A DNA stretch of 62,393 bases, filler included, from Stramenopiles sp. TOSAG23-3 (Eukaryota), in assembly GCA_900128585.1 (NCBI GenBank). It is 4 parts of 4 records of this genome, joined end to end, with 100 filler letters (N's around TTAATTAATTAA, not from the genome) between each part and the next. Parts side by side here need not be neighbours in the genome. Positions count along the whole stretch, not along the records: positions 1 to 29,034 come from LT642241.1; 3 more parts are not named here. One strand, 5' to 3'. Shown piece after piece: positions 10,801 through 20,479 of this stretch. Each line of letters opens with the position of its first letter. Within the stretch, counting starts at the first letter, position 1. The notes under the pieces are model-generated. The model was not told where the DNA came from and made no database searches. It saw only the letters and a list, made by a program, of their open reading frames with translations. The translations under genes and the position numbers were made by a program.

Positions 10801-12136
10801 TCTTCTTCTTCTTTCCTTTCATTTTTCCTGCGTTTGGGTGCGGTTTAACACCGGTTCGCTGCCGTGCAACAATTCCAATACCGTTGAATGAAATATTAAA
10901 TGAAACCAAACTGCTATTGCCAACGAGCTTTGAAAATATCGCTGCTGCGCCATCTCCCCTTATTTTATTCCACGACAAATCCAACTCGTGCAACGACAAA
11001 GACGTCATGCTCAAAAGCTTGGATATTGACTTTCCGGCGTCAGACCCTATGTTGTTGTGCGATAAATTAAGTCTTTGCAGTTCTGTGCGACTAGCTTCCA
11101 TTATTCCGTCGCAAAGACTTTTGACGCTATTTGAATCCAAGAGATTATTGGACAAATCGAGGGTTTTTAGCCTGAAACCATCCGAAAGGCGAAACCTAGT
11201 GCCAAGAACCGCAGCGGTCTTGCCACCCAGATAATTCTGTGATAAGTCCAGCACCAACGTGTTATCATGAAAACTGTTTACCAATTTCGCGCCGTTTTCA
11301 TCGTTAAGTCGGTTTGAGTGAAGGCGAATGTCGGAGATTCCAAAGGACCCTGCAGCTAACCCTTTTGCAAATGCGTCTTGGAGTTTTGGACCGATCCCAT
11401 AATGCGTCATGTCCAACACCGGAGCGTTGTTTGGTCTGACTATCCCGAGTTTTTCTGGCAGTATGTTCTGGTCTTCGCATGCCTTTAAATAGTCTCGGCG
11501 TGGAGTGGGGGGTCGTTCTTTTTGCCTCCAATTGTGTATTTTGTGAATCATTGAGTTAAATTGGGGCACCGCCTGTGGACTGGTGTATTTCCTGTTTTCG
11601 GGCAGCACCTGGCCGAAAATATCTATTTGGCATTTCTCGTCGTCGTCCAGCTCTGGGGTCAACGATGGGGTCACTGTTTGGAACGGTAGCGAAGACCGCG
11701 CTCTTACTTTTGCTGTATGGATTTTTTTTATTGTCTGTACAATCTTTTTCTTCGCCTGGGTTAAAACTATTGCCCGTAGTGATGTCTGCTCGACAATGCT
11801 CAACGCATGAGCGTTTCTCCTATTTTTCTTCTTCTTCTTTCTTCGAAACCGATGTCGACCCTTCTCCTCTTGACCGGCGTATGCCAGTGCTGCATTGGAC
11901 AGTAAATCTGCCTTGCACCTCTCTTTAAGTCTCTTATCGATGCTATCTATGACCTGCTGCTCTTCTTCCTGTGGTTGCCACTGCCAAATCTTGGCGCGTC
12001 GAAAAGCTAACATTGGTGGAACGCTAGCGATGGAACTTGTAGAGGACGCCCCTTTGCTGCTCGGGCGGTGCGGTATTACTATTTTCTCGTTCGGGTCCCC
12101 ATGGCTATTTCCCTCAGGAAATCCTTTCAAGTTCAT
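7862..12136 (-). CDS. Large RNI-like leucine-rich-repeat protein with additional domains
   Basis: 1424 aa; LRRs LDLSQNYLG, LDLSNNLLD, LNLSHNNIG, LDLSWNKIRG, FNISFNGIG, LDIGHNNFD; poly-Lys insert; beta-rich segment (VYLRLEIDDW...VYRVLPPG); partial RING-like CGH...CPLC; coiled coil near the C-terminus. Confidence 0.85.
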   Translation of the reverse strand: MNLKGFPEGNSHGDPNEKIVIPHRPSSKGASSTSSIASVPPMLAFRRAKIWQWQPQEEEQQVIDSIDKRLKERCKADLLSNAALAYAGQEEKGRHRFRRKKKKKNRRNAHALSIVEQTSLRAIVLTQAKKKIVQTIKKIHTAKVRARSSLPFQTVTPSLTPELDDDEKCQIDIFGQVLPENRKYTSPQAVPQFNSMIHKIHNWRQKERPPTPRRDYLKACEDQNILPEKLGIVRPNNAPVLDMTHYGIGPKLQDAFAKGLAAGSFGISDIRLHSNRLNDENGAKLVNSFHDNTLVLDLSQNYLGGKTAAVLGTRFRLSDGFRLKTLDLSNNLLDSNSVKSLCDGIMEASRTELQRLNLSHNNIGSDAGKSISKLLSMTSLSLHELDLSWNKIRGDGAAAIFSKLVGNSSLVSFNISFNGIGIVARQRTGVKPHPNAGKMKGKKKKKKKKKKKKPKAGGKKKSKGAAKPRIPPWPYGKVNPDVKASCEVSEVAIEVLGQVLQKNASLIMLDIGHNNFDTEAMHYFSEKLSSNTTLLELRVGGSQGSMDAKGNLIVDENALEDVLASHCPLSAETNQWADRGWPTETLDERFKSGWISGGWRETRIVFSPSAYIPPEDSQQDGTWDDIEDVYLRLEIDDWAPTKMNKVWHGEDRGKKYEDNFEFEVYRVLPPGKVYFCFTFNDDSKLIPNSIPSVSTEYGTWHHMDNLTDEIGTLPDCGHKIYKTLAIKLDTALQREEPKCPLCKTAFQLRKVEFEHLSFTHTNVIEVKKRVIPLLNIHQKPRVENNKEVEMGQHFHLSSSVFASRFAESMSCTALDGTDVYDDCCISDFRTFRLHDTVPSNIDRGKILELIQSYYIELVDIFTYVALVSSDNDPFTLPLSTFMVWCRKFDLVTDSEVTEDNIREFWEYAKQHGEVDTDQHCLSRRHFIALLIRVSVKKYYVHGAEPSPSAAVQYALLNVILSEFTPNINGDEFRLTKLYRKESEFVLKKHMLVLHRVFSLFSKKSKVKRCISHRVVPYESAVELGRKLGLYDAKSVKHRTEEIKQAFVSSLLLVVDDHQCTDSDYKSLSFVAFLEFLSRLSEMQLLDLRSTKERVVVKGRRINTTKESLYSIDFDRKVDRFIQYYLVDNKQLWDTTEGNMSQPPSHVALLLARKKARDKAKRAAKLREKEQALEAAENERRKMEEERMRAIERAERAALLKQSNAGKKKGNGKKGKGKKGKKKKVVALPIAKVLDNIANIFEKKVRADAIDDKKGNARDTLPEFLEDFFLQMYGMKAMATKKLLEFKEGVLNNIDRHIRIKWFGKLVDWLPNNVFGEQEIPYKEEAIHVYLYILQNVFPPDSIEELLDDDPCYIPQKKSIDSVKKLFAAQPTHASCVSLLNDLKKQGTVVKGLGTCLHFDVTFDLIMRAWYVVDNESFSPCVAPR

Positions 12137-13731
12137 GATTCCAAGACCGGGTAAAACTACCTTTTAAAAAATTTCATGCGAGGTAGAAATGTAGAAAAAT
12201 GTTAATGAAAAGCAAGGCAGGTGAGAAAAATAAGAAGTCAAGCTGCAAAGTAACAGCTCTTCATTGGTCTACTAATTGAAATAATTTAGATGATTGGTAA
12301 TAATTATATTATAATATAATAATACTACTGTATAATAATAATTTTAAAAAATGAAGAAGAGAGGAGGAGGAGGAGGAGGAGACCACCATAATGATGATGA
12401 CGGAGGAGAGAAACTGCCTGCTGCCGCATTCGCATTATTATTCAGACTTTTTTTTTCTTTTTTTTTTTTTCGGTGCCTGTCGTCGTCTCTCGTGCAATAA
12501 ACCCAAAAAAAACTGTTCTTCTTCTTCCTTCTTCTCGCGGATTTTTTATTACCATAGTATTAAGATGTAGAAAGTGAATGAATATACACAGTAGGAAAAT
12601 AACATCAATAATTAGGCGGTCTTCGTACATTTATATTAGACGAATAATAACGAACGTACGAGGTATAATAATCAAGGGAAGAAAAGTCCAGTAAATACTG
12701 TCGTTGTTGCTTTTCTCTATTTTTTTAACCCTATATTGTATATATAGTCAACGAGACCTCGTAGTCAGTCGTCAAGATAGAAATCCAATTGATAAAATAA
12801 TTTATCGCATAGCAAAAAAACGACTGTTTAACGTTCTGAAATAACCCTAATTGTAACAATCATGTCATCCAATAATGAAGTTCTTGTTATTTCTATGTGA
12901 AGTTAATTTCTTTGATTATTATTAAACCAAAAATGGAAGACAGAAAGCGAGAAAGCAAACGTTAAAAACAACCGACGAAAAAAGAAAGAAGCGTTGAGCG
13001 TTCGTTGTTGACCCGACTCCTCCGAGATATTTTTATTAGAAAAACTATTATTATTTATTATTATTTATTCCTCCTCCCCTCCTGTGCTCTGTTGAGCTTG
13101 TTGTTGTTATTGCTGAAGAAATAATAATTTATTTTTTTGTATCGATCGCTAATACAGATTATACTGTAGTAGTAGTACAAAGAAGAAGAAAAAAATCTGA
13201 TTTAAAAAAAAATAACTTTCTGCTAATGCTAAATGCCTATTGTCTTCGACGATAATAGTCGTCTATGAAATGATGATGACGCCGCCGGGGGGGCGGGGGG
13301 GAATAAAAAAAATATAATGATATAAATAACAACTTTTTTTTCTTTCTCCCGTCCGTTTCTTGTTTCGTTCGCGCAGAACGATCGAACAGTTTTATGGATT
13401 TAAAGATCGGAAGAGCTATTCAGTATGTTCTTCATGCTACTACAATTTCCAGTCCCATTGTCAATTGCTCTTTCATTAGATTGTTTGAAAAACGTGTTTG
13501 TATACAGGGCGCAGGAGTTACCTCTTCGTCCATAGCAAATAGTCTCGTGCCAACCCGATTTATGTTCAGTAATAGTTTGTAGGACTATGGCCGATCCTTT
13601 GACGCTTCAGCTTGACCGGCTGATAAAAGATATGCAGAGTGTAAAACCTAAGAAACGCAGGAGGCGAAGGAGGAAAAGAGATAAATTTATTTATTATTGA
13701 ATCTGGGTGGAATAGTAAAACATCGTCCCAC

Positions 13732-16700
13732 ATGGCTAAATTACCGAGCTACGATGCCATGCGTGACCCTCACTGCAGATACACCAGGAAGAAACAGTTT
13801 CGGCGGCATCATAACAAATATAAGGAGGTTCAAATGATGTCAGAAATACTGCGTGGTGATCATGCTGGGTTAAATGATGTATTCACACCGACAAAGCTGT
13901 CACCGTTGCCGAAGCCAGACTTACCAGGAATCACTCCAAAAAGTCACCGTAAAAATGTCATCCAAAACTCCCCGTTAAAGAAAATGGACCAAATGGAACA
14001 CGCCTATGACTCCCCAGCAAAGAAAGGTCGCTCAAAGAGGAAGACCAATCATCAACACAAGAGGAGCAATCTAGGTCCCCGTGGACCAAATGGAGAAGAT
14101 TCCCGGGGGGTGCCGTCCAATGGATACTCTTTTGGTCGAAACCCACCCAGTTTGCCGGCGCTATCCCCGCAAGACCTGGGTCAACTCAAGTCACCAGAAG
14201 CTGCCAGAGAAAAACAGATGTGGCAAAGGCAAAGAGACGACAATATATACCAAGAAGTTGAATTCTTCAGGGGTATGGAGAAGCGGGATATAAAAAGACA
14301 GGAAAAGCACGCGCAACGCAAGGCCAATAGAAGAAAAAAGCGCAAAGAAGCTAAAAAGAAGAGGCGCTGGAGGGAAAAAATGGAAATGGAAGCCGGAAGA
14401 ATCAACCTTCAAGCTATGTCCCACTACCTGGAACCGTTATCGACTTCGAGTAAACCTAGTTCAAAGCGGAGCCCGTTTGCAGAGAAAATGCCTCTTCCCT
14501 CTAGACCCACAGAAGAAAAGTCCTCCCATCGTCGTTCCCAATCAAATCGACCAAAGCGTAATGGAAAAATTATAGCGGCACCTCAGCCGCATTCACATAA
14601 TCAAGCAGGTAATCAGATGTTGGACTCACCAGAGATTAGACGACGCCTTGCTGCAAATCTAAAACGTCCAGAAGCTGCGGAGACATCAGCAGCAGCAGTT
14701 CGTGGTGCATTTTCTGGGCTATTGATTGCTGGGGGGGATGACTCTCTTTTTGGTGATAGCAATGGTAATCTAATGCCTGCTGCTCACACTAGCACCATTG
14801 AAATTCGGCAAATGGGCGATGAGCCTATGATGACGGATGCATTTGCTTCGCTTTCAAACCAAAAAGATAGTAAAAAAGATGCTGTTGAAGAAGATGCCGA
14901 TTATAGCGACGAGTTCGAGAAGGATTGTGAAGATTTAACTGATATTGGAAATCAAGAAAAAGACAAAAGTGCATTAGAAGAAGCGGAGGCTAAAAAATTA
15001 GCCCAGGAGAGGGCTGCAGAAGACCAAAAACAGACGCGTCTCGATGAGGAAATGGCTGCGAGGAAGATTGAGGAAAAACGGTTGGCAGACGAAAAACGTT
15101 TGGCAGAGGAAAAGGCTGCGAGGGAAATTGAGGAAAAGCGTTTGGCGGAAGAAAAGGCTGCAAAGGAAATTGAGGAAAAGCGTTTGGCAGAGGAAAAGCT
15201 TTTAGCAGAGGAAAAGCGTTTGGCAGAGGAAAAGCTTTTAGCAGAGGAAAAGCGTTTAGCAGAGGAAAAGGCTGCGAGAGAAATTGAGGGAAAGCGAAAG
15301 CGTATTGAGGACGAGAAACGAATAGCAGCAGAAGACGTGGCAAGACAGGAGAAAGAGACACGCTTGGCAGAAGAGCAAGCTGCCCGTGAAATGGAGGATA
15401 AAATATTGATGGATGTCGATGGTGAAGTTAAAAAAGCAAAAAACAATCAAAATGTGACTGAAAAAGAGTTAGAATTTATCGAACAACCGCTAACTGCAGA
15501 TCTTAGTGTTCGTAACCAGATACAACAGCAAGGCAAATCTATTGAAAATGTAGACACTGAAAATACTCCAGTGCAAGCCAACACAGAAATCGACAGCATC
15601 TCTGAGCCTCAGCCTGAATCTCACCAGAAAGTAGAAGTTCTCGAAAGAAGCAGCTACCCGAGTCTTTCAACTTCAAATGCTATGTCTGAGGAACAGTTGA
15701 CTGAAATACTTCAGCCTCATGACGAAATGGCACCGGCAATATACAGCGCAATGCGTGACGGTCAAATTTTACCAGCGGATATCGGGCACTATTTTGAATC
15801 TGAACTGGACGACTGGGAAAGAAAGGATTGGTTGCGAAAATTGTCCGGCGCTTTCTGCGCTATCAGCGAACAACAGCTCTACCACCTTGTTGCAAGTATT
15901 GTTAGCACAGTCAATAGTTGCTTCTCGTCGATAAATGGTGTGCTAGAAGAGTATTCAAAAACATGTGGTGTCGAAAATATATCTGTCGATGAAGCGATCT
16001 CTCAGGTAAAGTCATTGCTCACCACGCCTCCGAGTTTGTGTAAATTTTGTGAACATGTCGCACAACAACTGTGCAATCAAGTACCTGCCTCAAAATCTAT
16101 CAAGAAGATAAAAAATCGATTTTTGTCTAGCACTTTGAACACGCTTATTGGCCATGTAGCCCCCGGTTTAGAATGCGCTACCGTTTCTAACGGTGGAAGG
16201 AACCTGAAGAACATGGAGATGTACATTGCTAAGCTTGGCATGCCCAAAATCCTGGAGTGTCCATTTTTTTACAACTCCTCGACCAAAGCGCTTTTCTTTC
16301 ATCTTCACACATTTGCATCTGGCGACGAGTGCAGAATAAAGTTCGCAGTCAAACGTGATCAAGCTCTTGCTGGGTCACTGCAGCATGCCAAGAAGCAGGG
16401 CGTGCTGGAGAAAGACTTCAAAATGAAGGTTCCGTATATTTTCCCATTGTATATTCGAGACGAGAAAAATTTTGAAACAGGAGAAGGATTTAAGATAGAG
16501 GAAGGAGAAGGATCAGGACCACGAAAAGAATTTTTTGCATTGTGTGGCGAGCAGCTTACCCAGAAAGCTTTTAAATACCAGCAATCGTGTGAATCTTTAT
16601 GGCCAAATGAACAATGCACAGATTCTCACTTACTTCGCTGGATTGGGTTTCTTTTTGCGTCTTGCATGTCTTCCAAGTGTACTTTTGGGGTACCATTGCC

Positions 16701-17622
16701 CGAATATTTGTTCAAATGTTTGAAGAAGGAAGAATACAGGCCAACAGAGGAAGATGCCAAAGCGTTTAACAATGACCTTTATCGGTCCATGAAGGACATT
16801 CGAGAAATGAAACAAGCCGAATACGAGAAAGTACTAGATGCTGATTATATGGAAAGAAGTACAACAAAAGATGAGTATATACGCCAAAATTTGGACGAAC
16901 GAATGTATCAGCCGGTCCAATGGCAAATAAAGTTGTTGGGTGAAGGCTTTCGCCTTGCTATAAAAGACGGGCTGTTTGATAAAACTGGTGTCGATGCTTC
17001 CGATTTCAGTACAATTTTGTCAGGTGGGGAAGCTGCTACCAAAAATTTCAAATTTCATGACGTTTTCAAAATTGCAGTTGATTCCGAAATGGACGATTTT
17101 CCTCTTTTGAATGAAATTTTGTGGAAAGTAATTGACAATTTTGATATCGAAAAGAAAAGGAACTTGGTACAATTTATTACAGGGGTTAAAACCCTACCAT
17201 TTCCAAAGTCGGAAGTTATACGGATTGAAATGCCGTTCATGTCCTTTGGCGAGGAGGATACCAAAAACAATTTTAACCGTCTCCCAAGTGCCCATACTTG
17301 CACAAATACTGTTGAACTGCCCAACTATCTCGAATGCATGATGAAGCTGCGAAAATATGACTCTCTTGACGAATTAGACGATAGTAAAAAAGAAATTCTC
17401 TTGTCTGACCTCGAGAAACATCTTGTCGAAAAGTTTGGAATTGCAATAAAAGAAATGAGTTATGGGTTGGATGATATTGGTAAGGCTGAAAACATAATAA
17501 TAAATTCCTCCGCACCGGAGAGGGAGGAAACTAATGATGATTCTTCTGACGACCTTTTTGGATCTTTCGATTCTCTTGATATTCCAGGGCTTAGTTCTGA
17601 TGATGAATCTCCGAGATTTTGA
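13732..17622 (+). CDS. HECT-domain E3 ubiquitin ligase with long low-complexity N-terminus
   Basis: HECT motifs EEGEGSGPRKEFF, LVQFITG and the catalytic-Cys segment RLPSAHTCTNTVELPNY; EEKRLA repeats in the N-terminal half. Confidence 0.9.
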   Translation: MAKLPSYDAMRDPHCRYTRKKQFRRHHNKYKEVQMMSEILRGDHAGLNDVFTPTKLSPLPKPDLPGITPKSHRKNVIQNSPLKKMDQMEHAYDSPAKKGRSKRKTNHQHKRSNLGPRGPNGEDSRGVPSNGYSFGRNPPSLPALSPQDLGQLKSPEAAREKQMWQRQRDDNIYQEVEFFRGMEKRDIKRQEKHAQRKANRRKKRKEAKKKRRWREKMEMEAGRINLQAMSHYLEPLSTSSKPSSKRSPFAEKMPLPSRPTEEKSSHRRSQSNRPKRNGKIIAAPQPHSHNQAGNQMLDSPEIRRRLAANLKRPEAAETSAAAVRGAFSGLLIAGGDDSLFGDSNGNLMPAAHTSTIEIRQMGDEPMMTDAFASLSNQKDSKKDAVEEDADYSDEFEKDCEDLTDIGNQEKDKSALEEAEAKKLAQERAAEDQKQTRLDEEMAARKIEEKRLADEKRLAEEKAAREIEEKRLAEEKAAKEIEEKRLAEEKLLAEEKRLAEEKLLAEEKRLAEEKAAREIEGKRKRIEDEKRIAAEDVARQEKETRLAEEQAAREMEDKILMDVDGEVKKAKNNQNVTEKELEFIEQPLTADLSVRNQIQQQGKSIENVDTENTPVQANTEIDSISEPQPESHQKVEVLERSSYPSLSTSNAMSEEQLTEILQPHDEMAPAIYSAMRDGQILPADIGHYFESELDDWERKDWLRKLSGAFCAISEQQLYHLVASIVSTVNSCFSSINGVLEEYSKTCGVENISVDEAISQVKSLLTTPPSLCKFCEHVAQQLCNQVPASKSIKKIKNRFLSSTLNTLIGHVAPGLECATVSNGGRNLKNMEMYIAKLGMPKILECPFFYNSSTKALFFHLHTFASGDECRIKFAVKRDQALAGSLQHAKKQGVLEKDFKMKVPYIFPLYIRDEKNFETGEGFKIEEGEGSGPRKEFFALCGEQLTQKAFKYQQSCESLWPNEQCTDSHLLRWIGFLFASCMSSKCTFGVPLPEYLFKCLKKEEYRPTEEDAKAFNNDLYRSMKDIREMKQAEYEKVLDADYMERSTTKDEYIRQNLDERMYQPVQWQIKLLGEGFRLAIKDGLFDKTGVDASDFSTILSGGEAATKNFKFHDVFKIAVDSEMDDFPLLNEILWKVIDNFDIEKKRNLVQFITGVKTLPFPKSEVIRIEMPFMSFGEEDTKNNFNRLPSAHTCTNTVELPNYLECMMKLRKYDSLDELDDSKKEILLSDLEKHLVEKFGIAIKEMSYGLDDIGKAENIIINSSAPEREETNDDSSDDLFGSFDSLDIPGLSSDDESPRF
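15061..15290 (+). repeat. Degenerate coding tandem repeat (EEKRLA/EEKLLA/EEKAAREI)
   Basis: Repeated gaggaaaagcgtttggca / gaggaaaagcttttagca units within the HECT gene. Confidence 0.85.
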
Positions 17623-17690
17623 GAGTATGGCGTTATGAAGGTTCGAAAAAGATATCAGTAAATTTATATTTTACAACTTTAAAACCAAAC

Positions 17691-17718
17691 AAAAAACAAA
17701 AAATTTGGCTGATATTTA
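17691..17718. repeat. Degenerate reverse copy of dispersed CAGCCAATTT motif
   Basis: aaaaaacaaaaaatttggctgatattta, ~70 bp after the HECT stop in a convergent spacer. Confidence 0.65.
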
Positions 17719-17865
17719 AGTATTAAAATTATCTTCCTCATGTACCGCGAAAGTGAATCTGCTCCTTTTGTGTCCATCAGTTCATCGTGTCACACTTTTA
17801 GAATAAATATCTATCATACCTCCTTTACATAAAAACCAATTATTTTGTTTTTTTTAAAACAAAAA

Positions 17866-19230
17866 CTACAGTTCCAATTCGTCAGGAACTTCTAGAATCT
17901 CCATGTCAACGCCGCCTGGAGTACTGGTAGAATCGATAGCGGGGGCTTCCTGCTCTTTGGGTGTGCTAGCTTCTTCCTGTTCGGATGGAGCTGCGGCTTC
18001 TGGTTCCACGACTGGTTCAGAGGCAACTTCGGCTGCGGCTTCTGGTTCCACGACTGGTTCAGAGGCAACTTCGGCTGCGGCTTCTGGTTCCACGACTGGC
18101 TCAGAGGCAACTTCGGCTGCGGCTGTTACGGCTGCAGCAGCGGCTTCCGCTTCCGCAAGAGCATCCGCAGCGACAAACTCAGAATCATCGTCGCCTGTGT
18201 CCAATATATTGCCAGTCCGAAACCCTTCTGCCATTTCTTCCAAATCTTTTCGAACATCTTCAAATTGTTTTTCCATAGAAACTCGATCTCGCTCGAATTG
18301 CGCTTCCAATTTTTCAGATTCTTCATTCATTCTCTCGTTCGCTTTCTTTCCCGCTTCGCTTATTGGACGAGGTGGTCGGATTGGTACGACCGTCTTGATG
18401 GGCCCATCGTCAGAGTAAGACCCACCGTCTGCAAACTTAACAGTACCGCTAAATGACCACTCCTTGAATTTTCTTGGAAGTATTTGATTTCGAAGAGCAT
18501 TTGCAATTTTTTTCGGAGTCTGGCCGTTTGCTTTACTCAATAATAGTTGGATATATTCCCCGGGTGATTTTTTCATTAGGGGGACGCCGTCCAATGATTC
18601 AATAGTATACCGAACACGGTCGTGAAACTGTCCGAGGAGAGGTAAAAATCCAATCCAAACATCGCCACTTAAGTCAGAACTGTCTCTCGTGTCAAGGGTA
18701 GCAAGGTTGTCGCGCGCATCGTCACTGCCCTTGCTGGTCAATGGATAAATTGCAACTGCTCGGCTGAGCCAGAGTCCGCTATCTGTTGCATGTTTGTTGA
18801 AGCCTGCACTCGTACGAAATGGGAGAGTCCATGTTTTTCCTCCGTCTTCAGACATCTCGATAGAGGTCACCGCGTTTCCCAGCACCATTTGTCCAAAGTA
18901 CTTGTCGTCGTGTTGGAGCGATGAGCTAGCTTCTGCGGGGAGTACGTCATACGTACTCACACCGTGACTTACAGCGTTTTCATTTTCATTGTTGCTTTTG
19001 TGCCTAACTTTTAAGAGGAAAGTTAAACCATTACAGCCCCTGTCTTTAGGATTAATTTTGGAAAAATCCATCTCGATTTGTAAGCGTGTGTATTCTTGTT
19101 TACCTTCACGAGTAAATCCTTTTCCGGAATAAACTACTTTGGCCTCGTCTCCGTCTTGACCCAGTGTAGCAACAAAGAGCGACGACGCAACAACCGTCAC
19201 AAAAAAGAAAAATGAAGCGAATTTCGACAT
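17866..19230 (-). CDS. Secretory-pathway protein of unknown function with acidic repeat tail
   Basis: First ATG 19230: MSKFASFFFFVTVVASSLFVATLG signal peptide; globular region; three AAAEVASEPVVEPE repeats; ends PDELEL. Confidence 0.8.
   Translation of the reverse strand: MSKFASFFFFVTVVASSLFVATLGQDGDEAKVVYSGKGFTREGKQEYTRLQIEMDFSKINPKDRGCNGLTFLLKVRHKSNNENENAVSHGVSTYDVLPAEASSSLQHDDKYFGQMVLGNAVTSIEMSEDGGKTWTLPFRTSAGFNKHATDSGLWLSRAVAIYPLTSKGSDDARDNLATLDTRDSSDLSGDVWIGFLPLLGQFHDRVRYTIESLDGVPLMKKSPGEYIQLLLSKANGQTPKKIANALRNQILPRKFKEWSFSGTVKFADGGSYSDDGPIKTVVPIRPPRPISEAGKKANERMNEESEKLEAQFERDRVSMEKQFEDVRKDLEEMAEGFRTGNILDTGDDDSEFVAADALAEAEAAAAAVTAAAEVASEPVVEPEAAAEVASEPVVEPEAAAEVASEPVVEPEAAAPSEQEEASTPKEQEAPAIDSTSTPGGVDMEILEVPDELEL
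17990..18124. repeat. 42-bp coding tandem repeat, about 3.2 copies
   Basis: Unit gctgcggcttctggttccacgactggttcagaggcaacttcg at 17990, 18032 and 18074, near-identical. Confidence 0.95.
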
Positions 19231-20479
19231 TTTCGTTTTACGCAATAAAAGAAATGAGTGATCAAGAATGAACTGAATTGAAACAAACAAACAAATTTGA
19301 ACATAAAACAATGCCTAATCTTTAGGGTGTCCATTTGAGCAGAATTTTTTTTTGTTTATTTGAATCATCGGTAAGATATGTCTTTTCGGTGTGAATGTCC
19401 ATTTTTCGATTTACTTTCTTCTTTTGTTGTAATAATATTTTTATTGTGATGATGTACTTTCGTGTTGTACCGTACAGCAGTATTATCTAATTTATATACC
19501 AAGTAGTAGTATTAAAATAGCGACGACAAATCACTCATAATTCATTCTATGCACGTCCATGCGTGCTGCATCTTGATTGGTGAAGAATGGTAAGAAGAGC
19601 AAAAGAAGAAAAGCAAAATAAAAAGGTGAAAATGAAAATATGACGAAAATGAATGAAAGAAACGGAGCACAACCGTTATATACTTATAAATATATTATAT
19701 AGTCTAATAAAATAGTTCCTATATATTAATGAAATATATACTTATATATAATATTTTATATTGTTGTTATTAATACCTATCATATATAGCCTTTGGAAAA
19801 TCAAAGAATGATTGTGTCTTTCTTACGAGCTTTACGGCTTTTACGGCTTACTCTACTTACGGCTTATGAGGGAGGACCTAGCAATTTTTTGACTTTTTTT
19901 TTCATCTCCATATTGAGTCATGTGATAGTTAATTTTAATACTATTTACATGTAATTATAACGAACAGACAAAAATATGTCCCTCATCATTTACTTTTTGC
20001 CATTGTGGTTCGCAGTCTGTTGTATTTACCTTGGTATAATAGTAGTAGTAGTAGTATTACTATACGAATAGTGTGGGGGTGGTATTTTTTATTATTATTT
20101 TTTTTTGTGTAGCTCTGTGCTGTGTGTGTGTGTGCAGCATTTTTTTCAAATAATAATAATTAATAAAATAATAAATAAATTTATCTCTTTTCCTCCTCGT
20201 AGTATTATTAAGCACAGAGAAGAGAAGGGACGGAGAGGAGAGGAGAAGAAGGGACGGACAGGAGGATGCACAACAATAAGTTTTTTTTTTTCGTATTTTA
20301 TTATAATTAGAATGTAAAATTGTTTATTTAGATATGGTTCTTAAACAAGTAATATTTTCATGAAACAATGTTATAGGAATGGCTCGTATGTTGAAATCGG
20401 CAATAGACAAAAGTAAATTATTGAGCCCGTTCCGTAAAGAGAATAGTTGCTTTGGATTTATTATAATACTGTTTTTAAA

